A DNA stretch of 28,236 bases. Source: Candidatus Eiseniibacteriota bacterium. GTDB lineage: Bacteria; Eisenbacteria; RBG-16-71-46; CAZEPH01. Every line of letters starts with the position of its first letter. Position 1 is the first letter of the stretch. The notes beneath the pieces were generated by a model. It was not told the origin of the DNA. It saw nothing but the letters and a program-made list of their open reading frames with translations, and did not search any database. Shown here one piece after another: positions 8,576 through 18,219 of this stretch. The stretch covers positions 1-28,236 of the forward strand of contig JBGATO010000050.1 of the NCBI GenBank assembly GCA_044229145.1. The letters are read 5' to 3'. Position numbers and translations under genes: made by a program.

Positions 8576-11500
8576 CTAGCGGAAAAGGACCACGGTGCGC
8601 TCGATGCGTGCCGAGGGAGTGCGCAAGGTCACGACGTACACGCCCGCTGCGGCGGGGTGGCCGCCGCGCAGCGTGCCGTCCCACCGCACGCGACTGACAC
8701 CATCCGGCAGTCGGCCATCGGCGAGCGTGCGTACATGCTTCCCGGTTGGCGTCCACACGTCCGCGCGCGCCGGACTCGCAACCGGCAACGTCACGAGGAC
8801 GGTCACGCCACCGGAGCGTTCCGCGACGACCTGCAAGGCAGGGGCGCTCAGCGTGGCCGTGGGGTCGGTGGCAGCAGTCACGATGTCGTCGTTGAGAATG
8901 GTTCCGATCGCCACACTGTCGGCCATCGTCGCCCCCGTGGGGCTCTGGAGCACAACGCTGAAGGATTCGTCGGGCTCGACGACTGCATCGCCCAGGATTG
9001 GCACCCACAGGGTGTCCGCCGTCGCACCGGCGGCGATCGTGCGGGTACCGCTCGCCGCGGTGTAGTCGCTGCCCGCGATCGCGCTGCCATCGACGGTGGC
9101 GTACTGCAGTGTCACCGGCAATCCGCTCGCCGTCGACAACGCGAGCGGAAACGCCAACTGGGTCACCCCGCTCGCGCCTTCCGTCGTGCTCGCATCCCCG
9201 ATGGCGAGAACTGGCGGCGCATCGTCGTTGAGAATCGAGGCCACGCCGATACTGTCCACCACCGCCACATTGACCGGCGCGGACAGCAAGACGCTGAACG
9301 TCTCGGAGGCCTCGTAGAGTGCGTCGCCGTGCACCGAGAGGGCGAGCGGTACCGTCATGTTGCCGCCCGCCGGAATCAAAACCTCGCCGCTCGCCGCGGC
9401 GTAGTCGCCGCTCGCCGCGGTTGCGGTGCCGTCCTGCGTCGTGTAGTGCACGCTGCCCGGGAGCGCCGACGTGCCGGACACTTGGAGCATGACGGTCAGC
9501 GTGGTCGTGCCGGACGCGCCCTCGGCCACCGACGCATCGAGCACGACGACCGACCGGCTGACGAGATCGTCGTTGATCAGCGTGCCGGTCGCGGACGGTG
9601 TCTTCAGACTTGCGTTGACCGGCGCGCTCAGTTGCAGGGTGAAGGTCTCGTCGGGTTCGTAGGTGGTGTCGCCGACGATCTGGACGACGACCGTCCGGCT
9701 GGTCTGCCCTGCGATGAAGGTGACGGTGCCGCTCGTCGCGAGGTAGTCGTTGTTGGACACCAGCGCGGTTCCATCCGCGGTGGCGTAGTGCGCACTCACC
9801 GTGACACCTGTGGCCCCGGTCAACGTGATGGGGAACGACAGTTCCTTATTCCCGCTCGCGCCTTCCGTCGTCGAGACGGATCCGACGACCAAGCCCGGCA
9901 CCGTATCATCGTTGAGGATCGTGCCGACACCGGTCGAGTCGGCGATGGCGGCGTTACTCGGCGCGGAGAGCCGCAGGGTGAACGTCTCGGCCGCTTCCAA
10001 CCAGGTGTCGCCGAGTACGGTCACGGCGACCGCGGCTGCGCCTGGAGCGCCTGCGGGGAAACTGAGGGTTCCCGTCGCGGCCGCGTAGTCGCCGTCCGCC
10101 GTCGTCGCGCTGCCATTGGCGGTCGTGTACGCGGCGCTGACCGCATAGTGCGTCGCGCCGCTCAGCGCCACCGTGAAACTGCACACCACCGATCCAGCAT
10201 TGCCTTCCGTCACCGAGACATCGTTGACGCTCAACTGCGGCAGCGGATCGTCGTTTTGCACGGTCACCGTCGCGCTGCCGTCGGCGAGCGTGGCGTGCAC
10301 TGGAGTGGACAACGTGATGACGATCGTCTCGGCGTACTCGAACCAGACGTCCCCGCGCACGGTGACGGTAATCGTTTGGCTGCTGGCGCCCGCGGGGATC
10401 GTCACGTCGCCGCTGGCAGCCACGTAGTCGCTGTCCGCGAGCGTGGCGGAGCCGTCGCCGGTCGCGAAGTGCACCGTCACGGCTTCGACGCTCGGGTTCG
10501 ACAACGTGATCGTGAGCGTGGCGGTGGTCAAGCCACTCGCGCCCTCCGCCAGCGCGACATCACCAAGGGTGAGGGCGGGAATCGGATCGTCATCGAGGAT
10601 CGTCACCAGCCCCGCGCTGTCGCCGAGCGTCGCGTTCACCGGCGCGGTCAGGTGGAACGTGCAGGTCTCGGTGAGTTCGCGTGTGGTGTCGTTGGCGAGC
10701 GGTATCGTCACCCACTTCAGCGTCTCGCTTGGCGCGAAGGTCAGCGTGCCGGCGCTTGCCGCGTAGTCGCCCGGCGCCTGCGCGGTGCCATCGGCGGTGG
10801 CGTACTGCACCGTCACCGTCTGTCCGCTCGCTGGGGTGAGCCGCACGGCGACACTCGCCGATCCATCGCTCTCCGTCGCGCTGGTGTCCGCCACCGACAG
10901 CACGGGCAGCGTGTCGTCGTTGAGGATCGTGCCCACGCCTACGCTGTCGGCGAGGATGGCCCCGGCCGGCGCGAACACGCGCAATTCGAAGGACTCCGCA
11001 GCCTCGTCACGCAGATCGCCGAGGACGGACACCGTCACCGTGTGCTGGACGCTTCCGGCGGCGAACGCCAGCGTGCCGCTCGTCGCCACGTAGTCGCCGT
11101 CGACGACGGTGGCTGTCCCATCGTGGGTCGCGTATCCCACATTCACGCCACCCGCCGGCGCCGGCCGCGACAGCCACACGCGAAACACGGCGTTCGTCGT
11201 GCCGCCGTCGCCTTCGAGAATCGCCGTGTCGGCAAGCGCCACGGTGACCGGCGGCAGCACGGTGAGGAGGAACGCGGCGGACGCGCTCGCGGTGCCGTCG
11301 GTCGCGGTCAGCGTGACCGATGGATACGTACCGGCATCGCCCATTTGCGTTTGCCACGACAGCACACCGGTCGTGGCGCTGACGCTCGCGGCCGGTGGGA
11401 GATTCGACCCGCTCCAGGTCAGCGCATCGCCGTCGGGATCGCTTCCGCTCGGCGTCACGGTTACCAGGTCGCCCTCGACGACGGTGACCGGCGACAGTGG

Positions 11501-13714
11501 CGCGACGGTGGGGGCGCGATTCACGTTGGTCACCGTGATCCACACGGCAGCGGAGTCGGTGCCCCCGTGACCGTCGTCCGCCCACAGCGCGAGGGAACCG
11601 TACACGCCGGCTTGCGTGTAGTCCGGCGTCCACGTCACGACGCCGGTGGCCGGCGCGAGGCTGGCGCCCAGCGGCAAACCGGTGCCGCTCCAGGTCACCG
11701 TGTCGCCATCCGGATCGCTGGCGCTCGGCGTCACCGTCAACAGCGTGCCCTCGGGCACCGTCTGATTCGGTACCGCCGCCACCACCGGCGGCCGGTTCAC
11801 GTTCGTCACGTCGATCCAGAAGATCGTCGAGTCGACACCCGCGTGCCCGTCGTCCGCCCAGAGTGCCACGCCCGAGTAGAGCCCGGCCTGCGTGTAATCA
11901 GGCGTCCATGTGAGGACGCCGGTCACCGGGGCGACGCTCGAACCCGGCGGCAGGCTCGTCCCACTCCACGTCAGCACATCGCCATCCGGATCGCTCGCGC
12001 TCGGTGTCACCGTCAGCAGCGTGCCCTCGGGCACCGTCTGATTCGGCACCCGCACGATCTCCGGCGGCTGGTTCACGTTCGTCACCGTGATCGTGAAGCT
12101 CGTCGTGTCCGAGCCCCACTGCGCTTCCACGATCACACCGACGCCGGCATACACACCCGCCTGGCCGAAGTTTGGTGTCCACCGGATCGTCCCGGTCGCT
12201 TGATCCTGTGTGGCACCCGGAGGGAGCGCGATCGCGTCCCACCACACTGGAAGGCTGTCCGGATTGCTGGCGATGAGGGGCACGACGGTCAGCGACTCCC
12301 CTTCCGCCACGACCTGATCGGCGACCGCGCTCAACTGGGGCGCGGACGGCAGCAGCCGGAACGCGTAGACCCGGCCCAAGAACGCGAAGTCGTTATCGAC
12401 ATCGACGTAGAACGCCGGCGCGCCCACGACGAGGTCAGGGCGCGCGTCACCCGTGATGTCGCCTCGCCCCGATACCCCCGACCCGAAATACTCGCCGGGC
12501 GACTGACCCCACACGCTCGCGTCCGGGAAGGTGTCGCGGGACGCGCTTCCGAGGTACAAACGCAGCACGTTGGGTTCGTAATTGGGAAGCGTCGAGGCGG
12601 AGAGCCACCAGTCGTCGACCCCATCCAGGTTGACGTCCCCCGCCGCGTGGATCTTCGACACTCCGGCCACGGTGATGTCCGGCAGCGTGTCCGGGAGTGC
12701 CGCCCCGAGGAAGATCAGGGCGTTCGGCGTGAGTCCATAATTGTCGTTGAAGCCGAAGTCCGCGTAGCCATCGCCGTTGACGTCTCCCAGTCCCTCGACG
12801 CTGGGGGCGAATCCCGACCACGCGTGCGGCGAGTGGAAGATCAGATCCGGAATGGAGTCGCGGGGGGCCGCACTGCCGAAGTACACGTGGGCACGCTCGT
12901 ACGCATTGGTGACCCCCCGCGGCCCCATCGTGACGGCGAAATCGTCGTAGCCGTCGCCGTTGACGTCGCCGACTCCTGAGACCGTTCGCCCGAAGCGGGT
13001 CGGCATGTCCGGTTGAACGGTGAGTCTCAGCATTGGGGTTCCGGTCAGAACGGGCCCGCCCTGGAACACGTAGACTCGGCCGCGCACCGTCGAACCGGCC
13101 GGCCCGAACAACTCGTCCCCGACGAGGAAGTCGGGGTATCCGTCGTCGTTCACGTCACCGGCGGCCGCGACCGCTCCCCCAAAGGCCCCTGCCAGCTGCG
13201 CGCCGGGAGGCGTCTCCCCCCAAATCGTCAGATCGGGAGTCGCGTCGGGCGTGGCTCCGCCGAGATAGACCCACACGGCGCCGGCGTTCTGATATCCGAA
13301 CGGCGTCGGCCAGGACTCCGCAGGTGCCCCCACCACGAGGTCATCGTAGCCGTCGCCGTTCAGGTCTCCGGCGAACGCCACGGCGTGGCCAAAAGCGTTT
13401 CCCGCGATGTTTCCGTCCTGCAGGATCAAGTCGGGAACGGAGTCCATCGCCGCCCCGCCGAAGTAGATCTGGACGCGACACGACAGGCTGGACGTCGGCG
13501 TCGACTGCAACTGCGCCCCAAGCGCGAGGTCGTCGATGCCATCGCCGTTGAAGTCCCCGGTGGAACTGATGGCGTACCCGAAGTTGCCGTAGTCCGCTCC
13601 GGTGGTCGTCATGAAGGTCGACGCATCAATTGCGTGGGAAGGTGACACGGTCGAGAGGGTCATCGCGCAGCATGCGAGGCCAATGATCCAGCCATGCGAG
13701 CGGAGAGGTGGCAT
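8576..13714 (-). CDS. Large secreted surface protein: 7 FG-GAP repeats + 4 cadherin/He_PIG-like Ig repeats + 7 Calx-beta repeats + FlgD-Ig/CTD-like C-terminus
   Basis: 1712 aa with signal peptide and AGGAG RBS. Seven GDxxxDxxxD repeats, four ~92-aa 'DPDGD...TGVLTWTP' units and seven 'YATADGTA...DY..SGTLTF...ILNDD' units. Ends 'VRTLADG...VRWDGT...AAGVYVVTLRT'. Confidence 0.92.
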   Translation of the reverse strand: MPPLRSHGWIIGLACCAMTLSTVSPSHAIDASTFMTTTGADYGNFGYAISSTGDFNGDGIDDLALGAQLQSTPTSSLSCRVQIYFGGAAMDSVPDLILQDGNIAGNAFGHAVAFAGDLNGDGYDDLVVGAPAESWPTPFGYQNAGAVWVYLGGATPDATPDLTIWGETPPGAQLAGAFGGAVAAAGDVNDDGYPDFLVGDELFGPAGSTVRGRVYVFQGGPVLTGTPMLRLTVQPDMPTRFGRTVSGVGDVNGDGYDDFAVTMGPRGVTNAYERAHVYFGSAAPRDSIPDLIFHSPHAWSGFAPSVEGLGDVNGDGYADFGFNDNYGLTPNALIFLGAALPDTLPDITVAGVSKIHAAGDVNLDGVDDWWLSASTLPNYEPNVLRLYLGSASRDTFPDASVWGQSPGEYFGSGVSGRGDITGDARPDLVVGAPAFYVDVDNDFAFLGRVYAFRLLPSAPQLSAVADQVVAEGESLTVVPLIASNPDSLPVWWDAIALPPGATQDQATGTIRWTPNFGQAGVYAGVGVIVEAQWGSDTTSFTITVTNVNQPPEIVRVPNQTVPEGTLLTVTPSASDPDGDVLTWSGTSLPPGSSVAPVTGVLTWTPDYTQAGLYSGVALWADDGHAGVDSTIFWIDVTNVNRPPVVAAVPNQTVPEGTLLTVTPSASDPDGDTVTWSGTGLPLGASLAPATGVVTWTPDYTQAGVYGSLALWADDGHGGTDSAAVWITVTNVNRAPTVAPLSPVTVVEGDLVTVTPSGSDPDGDALTWSGSNLPPAASVSATTGVLSWQTQMGDAGTYPSVTLTATDGTASASAAFLLTVLPPVTVALADTAILEGDGGTTNAVFRVWLSRPAPAGGVNVGYATHDGTATVVDGDYVATSGTLAFAAGSVQHTVTVSVLGDLRDEAAESFELRVFAPAGAILADSVGVGTILNDDTLPVLSVADTSATESDGSASVAVRLTPASGQTVTVQYATADGTAQAPGDYAASAGTLTFAPSETLKWVTIPLANDTTRELTETCTFHLTAPVNATLGDSAGLVTILDDDPIPALTLGDVALAEGASGLTTATLTITLSNPSVEAVTVHFATGDGSATLADSDYVAASGDVTIPAGASSQTITVTVRGDVWFEYAETIVITLSTPVHATLADGSATVTVQNDDPLPQLSVNDVSVTEGNAGSVVCSFTVALSGATHYAVSAAYTTANGSATTADGDYAAATGTLSFPAGAPGAAAVAVTVLGDTWLEAAETFTLRLSAPSNAAIADSTGVGTILNDDTVPGLVVGSVSTTEGASGNKELSFPITLTGATGVTVSAHYATADGTALVSNNDYLATSGTVTFIAGQTSRTVVVQIVGDTTYEPDETFTLQLSAPVNASLKTPSATGTLINDDLVSRSVVVLDASVAEGASGTTTLTVMLQVSGTSALPGSVHYTTQDGTATAASGDYAAASGEVLIPAGGNMTVPLALSVHGDALYEASETFSVLLSAPVNVAVVDSIGVASILNDDAPPVLAIGDASTTEGASGVTQLAFPLALSTASGLPVTLQYATVDGSAIAGSDYTAASGTRTIAAGATADTLWVPILGDAVVEPDESFSVVLQSPTGATMADSVAIGTILNDDIVTAATDPTATLSAPALQVVAERSGGVTVLVTLPVASPARADVWTPTGKHVRTLADGRLPDGVSRVRWDGTLRGGHPAAAGVYVVTLRTPSARIERTVVLFR
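11255..12343 (-). repeat. Four tandem ~276-bp Ig-like repeats within the surface-protein gene
   Basis: Units 2 and 3 are close at DNA level: GCCATCCGGATCGCT occurs at 11705 and 11981, 276 bp apart. The peptide 'VPNQTVPEGTLLTVTPSASDPDGD' occurs twice. Confidence 0.85.
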
Positions 13715-13875
13715 GGTGACTCCTACTTAGGGTGCGATCACCCCGAGTGGCGTCGCACGACCTTCGCGAGCCGCCCGCATCCTGCAGGCTGGCAGAGCGC
13801 GCAGCGTGAGAGCGCCGCGCGGATCGAACACGTAATGAATGGGATGTGTGATTCTCTGTGGCAGGAACATCAACA

Positions 13876-13904
13876 ACGCTAGGCTCGACCGTGCCGAGCG
13901 TCAA
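13876..13904 (-). promoter_or_regulatory. sigma70-like promoter (TTGACG-17-TAGCGT) for the surface-protein gene
   Basis: Reverse-complement match with 17-nt spacer, about 160 nt upstream of the ATG. Confidence 0.55.
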
Positions 13905-13992
13905 CTGTTCACCTCGAACGAAAACATCCACCAAAGGCGACTCGGCAGCCTAGGTGATCGGTGCGTCCTCTCGATGAGGACGGAACTGCGGG

Positions 13993-14799
13993 CTAGTGGC
14001 GCGCGGCGCGGAAGACGACATCCGGCACTCCCTTGTTCACTTTGTATTGGAAGAACTCGAGTTCGACGGTGCCGCGCACCGGCGTGCGCTGCGTCGACGG
14101 CGCCTCGTGCGCGCCGACGCGCGGTGAGCCGGGCCGGCGGGGATTGTAGTCGGGCAATCCGTCAGGCAACGTCATGGTAATGGTGGTGTGAGATGGCAAA
14201 CGGTACCCGGACTGCAAGCGATACCGCGTCTCCGCCTGGAACGACATGCCGGTGCTCGACCCGTCGCGCGACACCTGCGCCTGGATGCGCGTGATCGTCC
14301 ACGTCGCGGGATCGACCCAAATCTCGACCGGCACATCGGGGAGGTCGTCCTCGGTGAGCGAGTCGGCCATCGGATGCACACGGGCGGCGGCGCGGCTCAT
14401 GCGGCCGAGCACGCCGGGGCGCGGCTTGAGCACGAGGTGATAGCGGCGCTTCGTCCCGCTGCCGGAGACGCTGCACGACAGCGGCAGGAAACGGTCCGCC
14501 CCGAACACCGTCGGCAACAGGAACACGCCTTGTTCGGGCACGAGCGCGAAGCTGCGGCTGCGCAGCGCGGTGCGGTCCGGCGCGCGGAAGTACGCGGTGA
14601 TCGGCATGTCGGGAATTTCGATGCCGGGGAATTCGACGGTGACGCGCGCGCCGACCTGATAGTCCTTGAGTCCGGCATACGCCTTCTCCATTTGCGCGAT
14701 CACCCACGCCGGCGGCGGCGCGGCCGCGGCAGCGTGCGCAGGCCGGCCATTTCCGCCGAACCACACGACGAGCGCGACCATCCACCAGACTCTCTGCAT
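13993..14799 (-). CDS. Periplasmic LolA-like / outer-membrane lipoprotein-sorting-like protein
   Basis: ATG 14799 overlaps the permease stop (TGATG). Signal peptide ending AHA. 'MEKAYAGLKDYQV...YFRAPDR...YHLVLKPR...EIWVDPATWTITRI...LPSH...LEFFQYKVNKGVPDVVF' fits the LolA fold pattern. Confidence 0.7.
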   Translation of the reverse strand: MQRVWWMVALVVWFGGNGRPAHAAAAAPPPAWVIAQMEKAYAGLKDYQVGARVTVEFPGIEIPDMPITAYFRAPDRTALRSRSFALVPEQGVFLLPTVFGADRFLPLSCSVSGSGTKRRYHLVLKPRPGVLGRMSRAAARVHPMADSLTEDDLPDVPVEIWVDPATWTITRIQAQVSRDGSSTGMSFQAETRYRLQSGYRLPSHTTITMTLPDGLPDYNPRRPGSPRVGAHEAPSTQRTPVRGTVELEFFQYKVNKGVPDVVFRAARH

Positions 14800-15656
14800 C
14801 ACGTCACGATGTCCTTTCGCAGGAAGCTGTACGTCGAGGCGGCGTAGAAGCCGAGCGAGTAGCCGATCAGCACCGAGAGGTCGCCGGCGATCTTGTCCCA
14901 GGCGAGGTGCGCGTCGAAGGCGCGCGTCCACACCGGGAAGTACGTCGTGAAGACGTAGGGGCGGATCGCCTCGAGCGTCTTGAGAGGGGTCGAGCTGATC
15001 ACCAAACTAACGATGAGCACCGCCATCGCACCGATGATCGGGCCGATCGGGTTGACGACTAAGACGCTCAAGAAGAACGCCAGGCTGCTCACCGTCAACA
15101 TCGCCGCGGCGCCCAGCGCCAGCGCCAACGCCACGCGCAGGTAGCCTTCCGCCTCGCTCACGATCGTGATGCCGGGACCCGTGAGCAGCAGAGGTCCGTG
15201 CCCGAAGAATGCGATGCCCACCGCGAGCGTCACCGCGCCGAGGAAGAACACCAGCGCCACGCAATAGAGCGAGGCGACGAGGAACTTCGCCGTCAGCACG
15301 CTCACGCGAGACGGCGGTCGCACGCAGAGCAAGCGCAGCGTGCCGGCGTTCGCTTCGCCGGCCACCGCGTCGCCGGCCACCAGCGAGATCAGGAACGGCA
15401 CGTGCACGAACAGCGACATCAAGATGATGCGCACGAGGAACAGTCCGTTGACCGGCGATCCGACGACCAGCAGCCCGGCCATCGGTGGCAGGTTGCCGAA
15501 TTCCGGCGACCGCTCGACGTGCGAGGCGTGGAAGGCCCAGATCAACAGCGGAATCACCACACCCAGCGCCGCGAAGCCGATGTAGGTGCGCAGCTTCGTG
15601 CGCGTCTTGTAGAACTCGACGCGGAACACGCGCCAGGCCTCGTGCAGCGCGGCCAT
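14799..15656 (-). CDS. ABC-2 type transporter permease
   Basis: About six hydrophobic helices and 'AGDAVAGEANAGTLRLLCVRPPSRVSVLTAKF'. C-terminus 'FLRKDIVT'. Start overlaps the ATPase stop (TGATG). Confidence 0.9.
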   Translation of the reverse strand: MAALHEAWRVFRVEFYKTRTKLRTYIGFAALGVVIPLLIWAFHASHVERSPEFGNLPPMAGLLVVGSPVNGLFLVRIILMSLFVHVPFLISLVAGDAVAGEANAGTLRLLCVRPPSRVSVLTAKFLVASLYCVALVFFLGAVTLAVGIAFFGHGPLLLTGPGITIVSEAEGYLRVALALALGAAAMLTVSSLAFFLSVLVVNPIGPIIGAMAVLIVSLVISSTPLKTLEAIRPYVFTTYFPVWTRAFDAHLAWDKIAGDLSVLIGYSLGFYAASTYSFLRKDIVT

Positions 15657-16591
15657 CAGCGCGGCCCTCCGCGATCGCCGCTCGACTCTTCGGTGATGCG
15701 CAGGAAGTACTCCTCGAGCGAGCGCACCGGCACCACGGCTTCGACCTGCAGATCGCGCGCGACGAGCCGCGCGGTGAGGGCGGGCGTCGCGCCGCGCGCC
15801 AGCGTGACGCGCAGCGCGTCGCCGCGCGCGTCTGCACCATGGAGGCCAGCGAGACCGTCGAGCGCGGCGCACACGACGTCCGGCGCTTCGGCGCAGGTAA
15901 TGTCGACGACATCGTGATCGCCGCGCCCGAGTTCGTCGACACGTCCCTGCGCGACCAAGGCGCCGTGATGCAAGATGGCGACGCGCGTGCACACCTGCTC
16001 GACCTCGCTGAGCAGATGCGACGACAGGAAGACCGTGATCCCGAAGCGCTGCGCGAGGTCGCGCAACAGCTCACGCACCTCCTTCATGCCGAGCGGATCG
16101 AGTCCGGTCGTCGGTTCATCGAGCAACACGAATTGCGGACGGCCGAGCAGCGCCTGGGCGATGCCGAGCCGCTGCTTCATGCCGTGTGAATACGTCCGCA
16201 CCTTGTCGCGGCCGCGGCCGGTGAGGCCGACGAGGTCGAGTACCTCCTCGGCGCGACCGTCGTCGCGCTGACCGGCTTGACGCAGGAGCAGGCGCAGGTT
16301 GGACAGGCCGTCGAGATAGCCGTAGAAATCGGCGCGTTCGACCAGCGCCCCGACGCGCGCCAGGATGCCACGGCGATCGCGCGCCATCGTGGTGCCGAAC
16401 ATCCGCACGGTGCCGGAGGTCGGGCGCACGAGATCGAGGATCATCCGAATGGTGGTGCTCTTCCCGGCGCCGTTCGGTCCGAGGAATCCAAACACGTCGC
16501 CCTCGTGGACCTCGAGCTGCAAATGGTCGACGACGCGGCGGGCGCCGTAGACTTTCGTCAGGGCTTCGGTCTGGAGGACGACGGCGGACAT
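15656..16591 (-). CDS. ABC transporter ATP-binding protein
   Basis: Walker A GPNGAGKS, signature YSHGMKQR, Walker B LLDEP, H-loop SSH. ATG 16591 overlaps the hydrolase stop. Confidence 0.95.
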   Translation of the reverse strand: MSAVVLQTEALTKVYGARRVVDHLQLEVHEGDVFGFLGPNGAGKSTTIRMILDLVRPTSGTVRMFGTTMARDRRGILARVGALVERADFYGYLDGLSNLRLLLRQAGQRDDGRAEEVLDLVGLTGRGRDKVRTYSHGMKQRLGIAQALLGRPQFVLLDEPTTGLDPLGMKEVRELLRDLAQRFGITVFLSSHLLSEVEQVCTRVAILHHGALVAQGRVDELGRGDHDVVDITCAEAPDVVCAALDGLAGLHGADARGDALRVTLARGATPALTARLVARDLQVEAVVPVRSLEEYFLRITEESSGDRGGPR

Positions 16592-17466
16592 CAGCTCGCC
16601 AAGAACTCGTTGACCATCGCGGCGAACTCCTCCGGGGCTTCGTAGTGCGGGAGATGGGCGATGCCGCGCATGATCTCGAGGCGCGCGTGCGGCAAACGAT
16701 CGCGCATGAGTTGCCCCCAGGCGAGCGGCACGTGCTTGTCGTGTTCGCCCCAGATGAGCAGCGTGGGCGCGGTAATGAGATGGAGAAGTGGTTCCATGCC
16801 ATCGCGCCGCTGGGCCGCGGAGAGCGCGGCGGCGCGGCGGCGTTCGTAGTCCACCGCGCGTGATCCGTCGCGCGCGAAGGACGTGCGCACCTGGTTCATG
16901 AGATCGCGATCGTACACCAGTTCGTCGTAGCGCGCGCGCATGGCGCCTGCCGGCACGAGGCGCGATGGCATGCCGGTGGCGCCGACCAGGACGAGGCGCC
17001 GCACGTGCTGCGGAAAGCGCGCGGCGAGCCCGAGCGCGAAGCCGCCGCCGCGCGACGCGCCGATCAAGTCGAACTGCGGCATGCCGCACTCTGCGGCGAT
17101 GTCGACGAGGACGTGCGGCATGTCGGGAATCGCGGCGTCGGCGGGAATGTCGGCGCTGTCGCCGTGTCCCGGCAGATCTGGCGCGACGCAGCGCGTGTGG
17201 CGCGCGAGTAACGGCATCGCCCGCGCCCAAATCTTCGATGACGAGAGCGCGTTGTGCACGAGCAGACGTGGCGGCAGCATGAGCGCGCCTTCGTCGCCGA
17301 GTTCGCGGAGGAAGATGTCGTGGCCGGCCACCTGCACGTGGCGGCCGGGAAGCAGCGCGTCGGCCGGATTCACCTCCGGCCCTCCGCGACCGACGTGTCC
17401 GAGAGCGCGCGCCAAGCGCCCATCGCGAAGTCCGGGAAGATCATCGGGGAGTGCCTCGTTCGCCAT
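16591..17466 (-). CDS. Alpha/beta fold hydrolase
   Basis: 'APDLPGHGDS', nucleophile elbow 'GASRGG', acid 'WGEHDKHVP' and His 'AHLPHYEAPEEF'. Confidence 0.9.
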   Translation of the reverse strand: MANEALPDDLPGLRDGRLARALGHVGRGGPEVNPADALLPGRHVQVAGHDIFLRELGDEGALMLPPRLLVHNALSSSKIWARAMPLLARHTRCVAPDLPGHGDSADIPADAAIPDMPHVLVDIAAECGMPQFDLIGASRGGGFALGLAARFPQHVRRLVLVGATGMPSRLVPAGAMRARYDELVYDRDLMNQVRTSFARDGSRAVDYERRRAAALSAAQRRDGMEPLLHLITAPTLLIWGEHDKHVPLAWGQLMRDRLPHARLEIMRGIAHLPHYEAPEEFAAMVNEFLAS

Positions 17467-17475
17467 CGTGCGCCG

Positions 17476-18219
17476 TCACGCGTTCTCGCCACCTTCGGCC
17501 GCGCGCCCTTGCGCGGCACCGCCGGACGCGCTCCCCATCGGCCGCTGCATGCGCAACGATGGCTTGAGGAAACCGATCGTCGGGCTTTCGTCTTCGCCGA
17601 GGACGAGCATTTCGCCGGGCACGCGCGCCAGTTGATCGGGATCCGGCCACCGGCGTCCGCCGACATTGCCGCCGGTAAGCACGCCGCGCAGCTCGCGCAG
17701 GATCTTCTCGCGCAGGACGGCCATGTCGTCGAAACCATAGAGCCGCCCAGCTGAGTGACCCCACATGAAGCGCCACTCGCGCCGGAGCGGATAGATCATG
17801 CAGGTCGAAACGAGGAAGCCTTCCGGCGGCGGGCCCTCCGGATGCGAGCCGTCCTGCACGTACAGCGCGAGCAGTCCGGCGATATCGTCCGGCACCGGCG
17901 CGAAGGTCGAGTACGCGACATCGCGGATGTGGACGAACTGGAACACCACGTGGGCGAAGCGCAGCGTAAACACGCAGCGGCCGCGGTCCGGTGTGCAGCG
18001 ATAGGCGCTGGCGGTCGGAATGCGAGCCGGGGCGCGCTGCATGAAGTCGTCCGCGATTTCCCGCACCAGGCCGAAGTAGCGCTCGACGAACTCGTCGACG
18101 ATCGCCTTCTGCTTCTCGCGTTCGTCCTCGAGTTCGAGATAGCGCGCGATGAGACCGGCGGGTGACAGCTCGTCCGGGCCGGACGGCATGTCCTGTTGGG
18201 TCGCGGGCAGATCATCCAT
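17476..18219 (-). CDS. Hypothetical cytoplasmic protein, first gene of the ABC operon
   Basis: Natural-looking composition and GC3 bias. GGAG RBS before ATG 18219 (alternative start 18267). 9-bp gap to the hydrolase gene. Confidence 0.75.
   Translation of the reverse strand: MDDLPATQQDMPSGPDELSPAGLIARYLELEDEREKQKAIVDEFVERYFGLVREIADDFMQRAPARIPTASAYRCTPDRGRCVFTLRFAHVVFQFVHIRDVAYSTFAPVPDDIAGLLALYVQDGSHPEGPPPEGFLVSTCMIYPLRREWRFMWGHSAGRLYGFDDMAVLREKILRELRGVLTGGNVGGRRWPDPDQLARVPGEMLVLGEDESPTIGFLKPSLRMQRPMGSASGGAAQGRAAEGGENA

Noticed and set aside
11255..12343. Repeats as a CRISPR array or DGR template/variable pair
   Set aside because: They are in-frame 276-bp protein-domain repeats with no spacers. 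No cas or reverse transcriptase gene is present, and by eye the differences are not adenine-specific.
8498..12979. 1493-aa + strand ORF
   Set aside because: Antisense shadow of the Calx-beta protein. R/G/H-rich with no domain signal, as expected in high-GC DNA.
13715..13870. c-di-GMP or other riboswitch in the adhesin leader
   Set aside because: No recognisable GEMM or other aptamer consensus, only a small hairpin next to the RBS.
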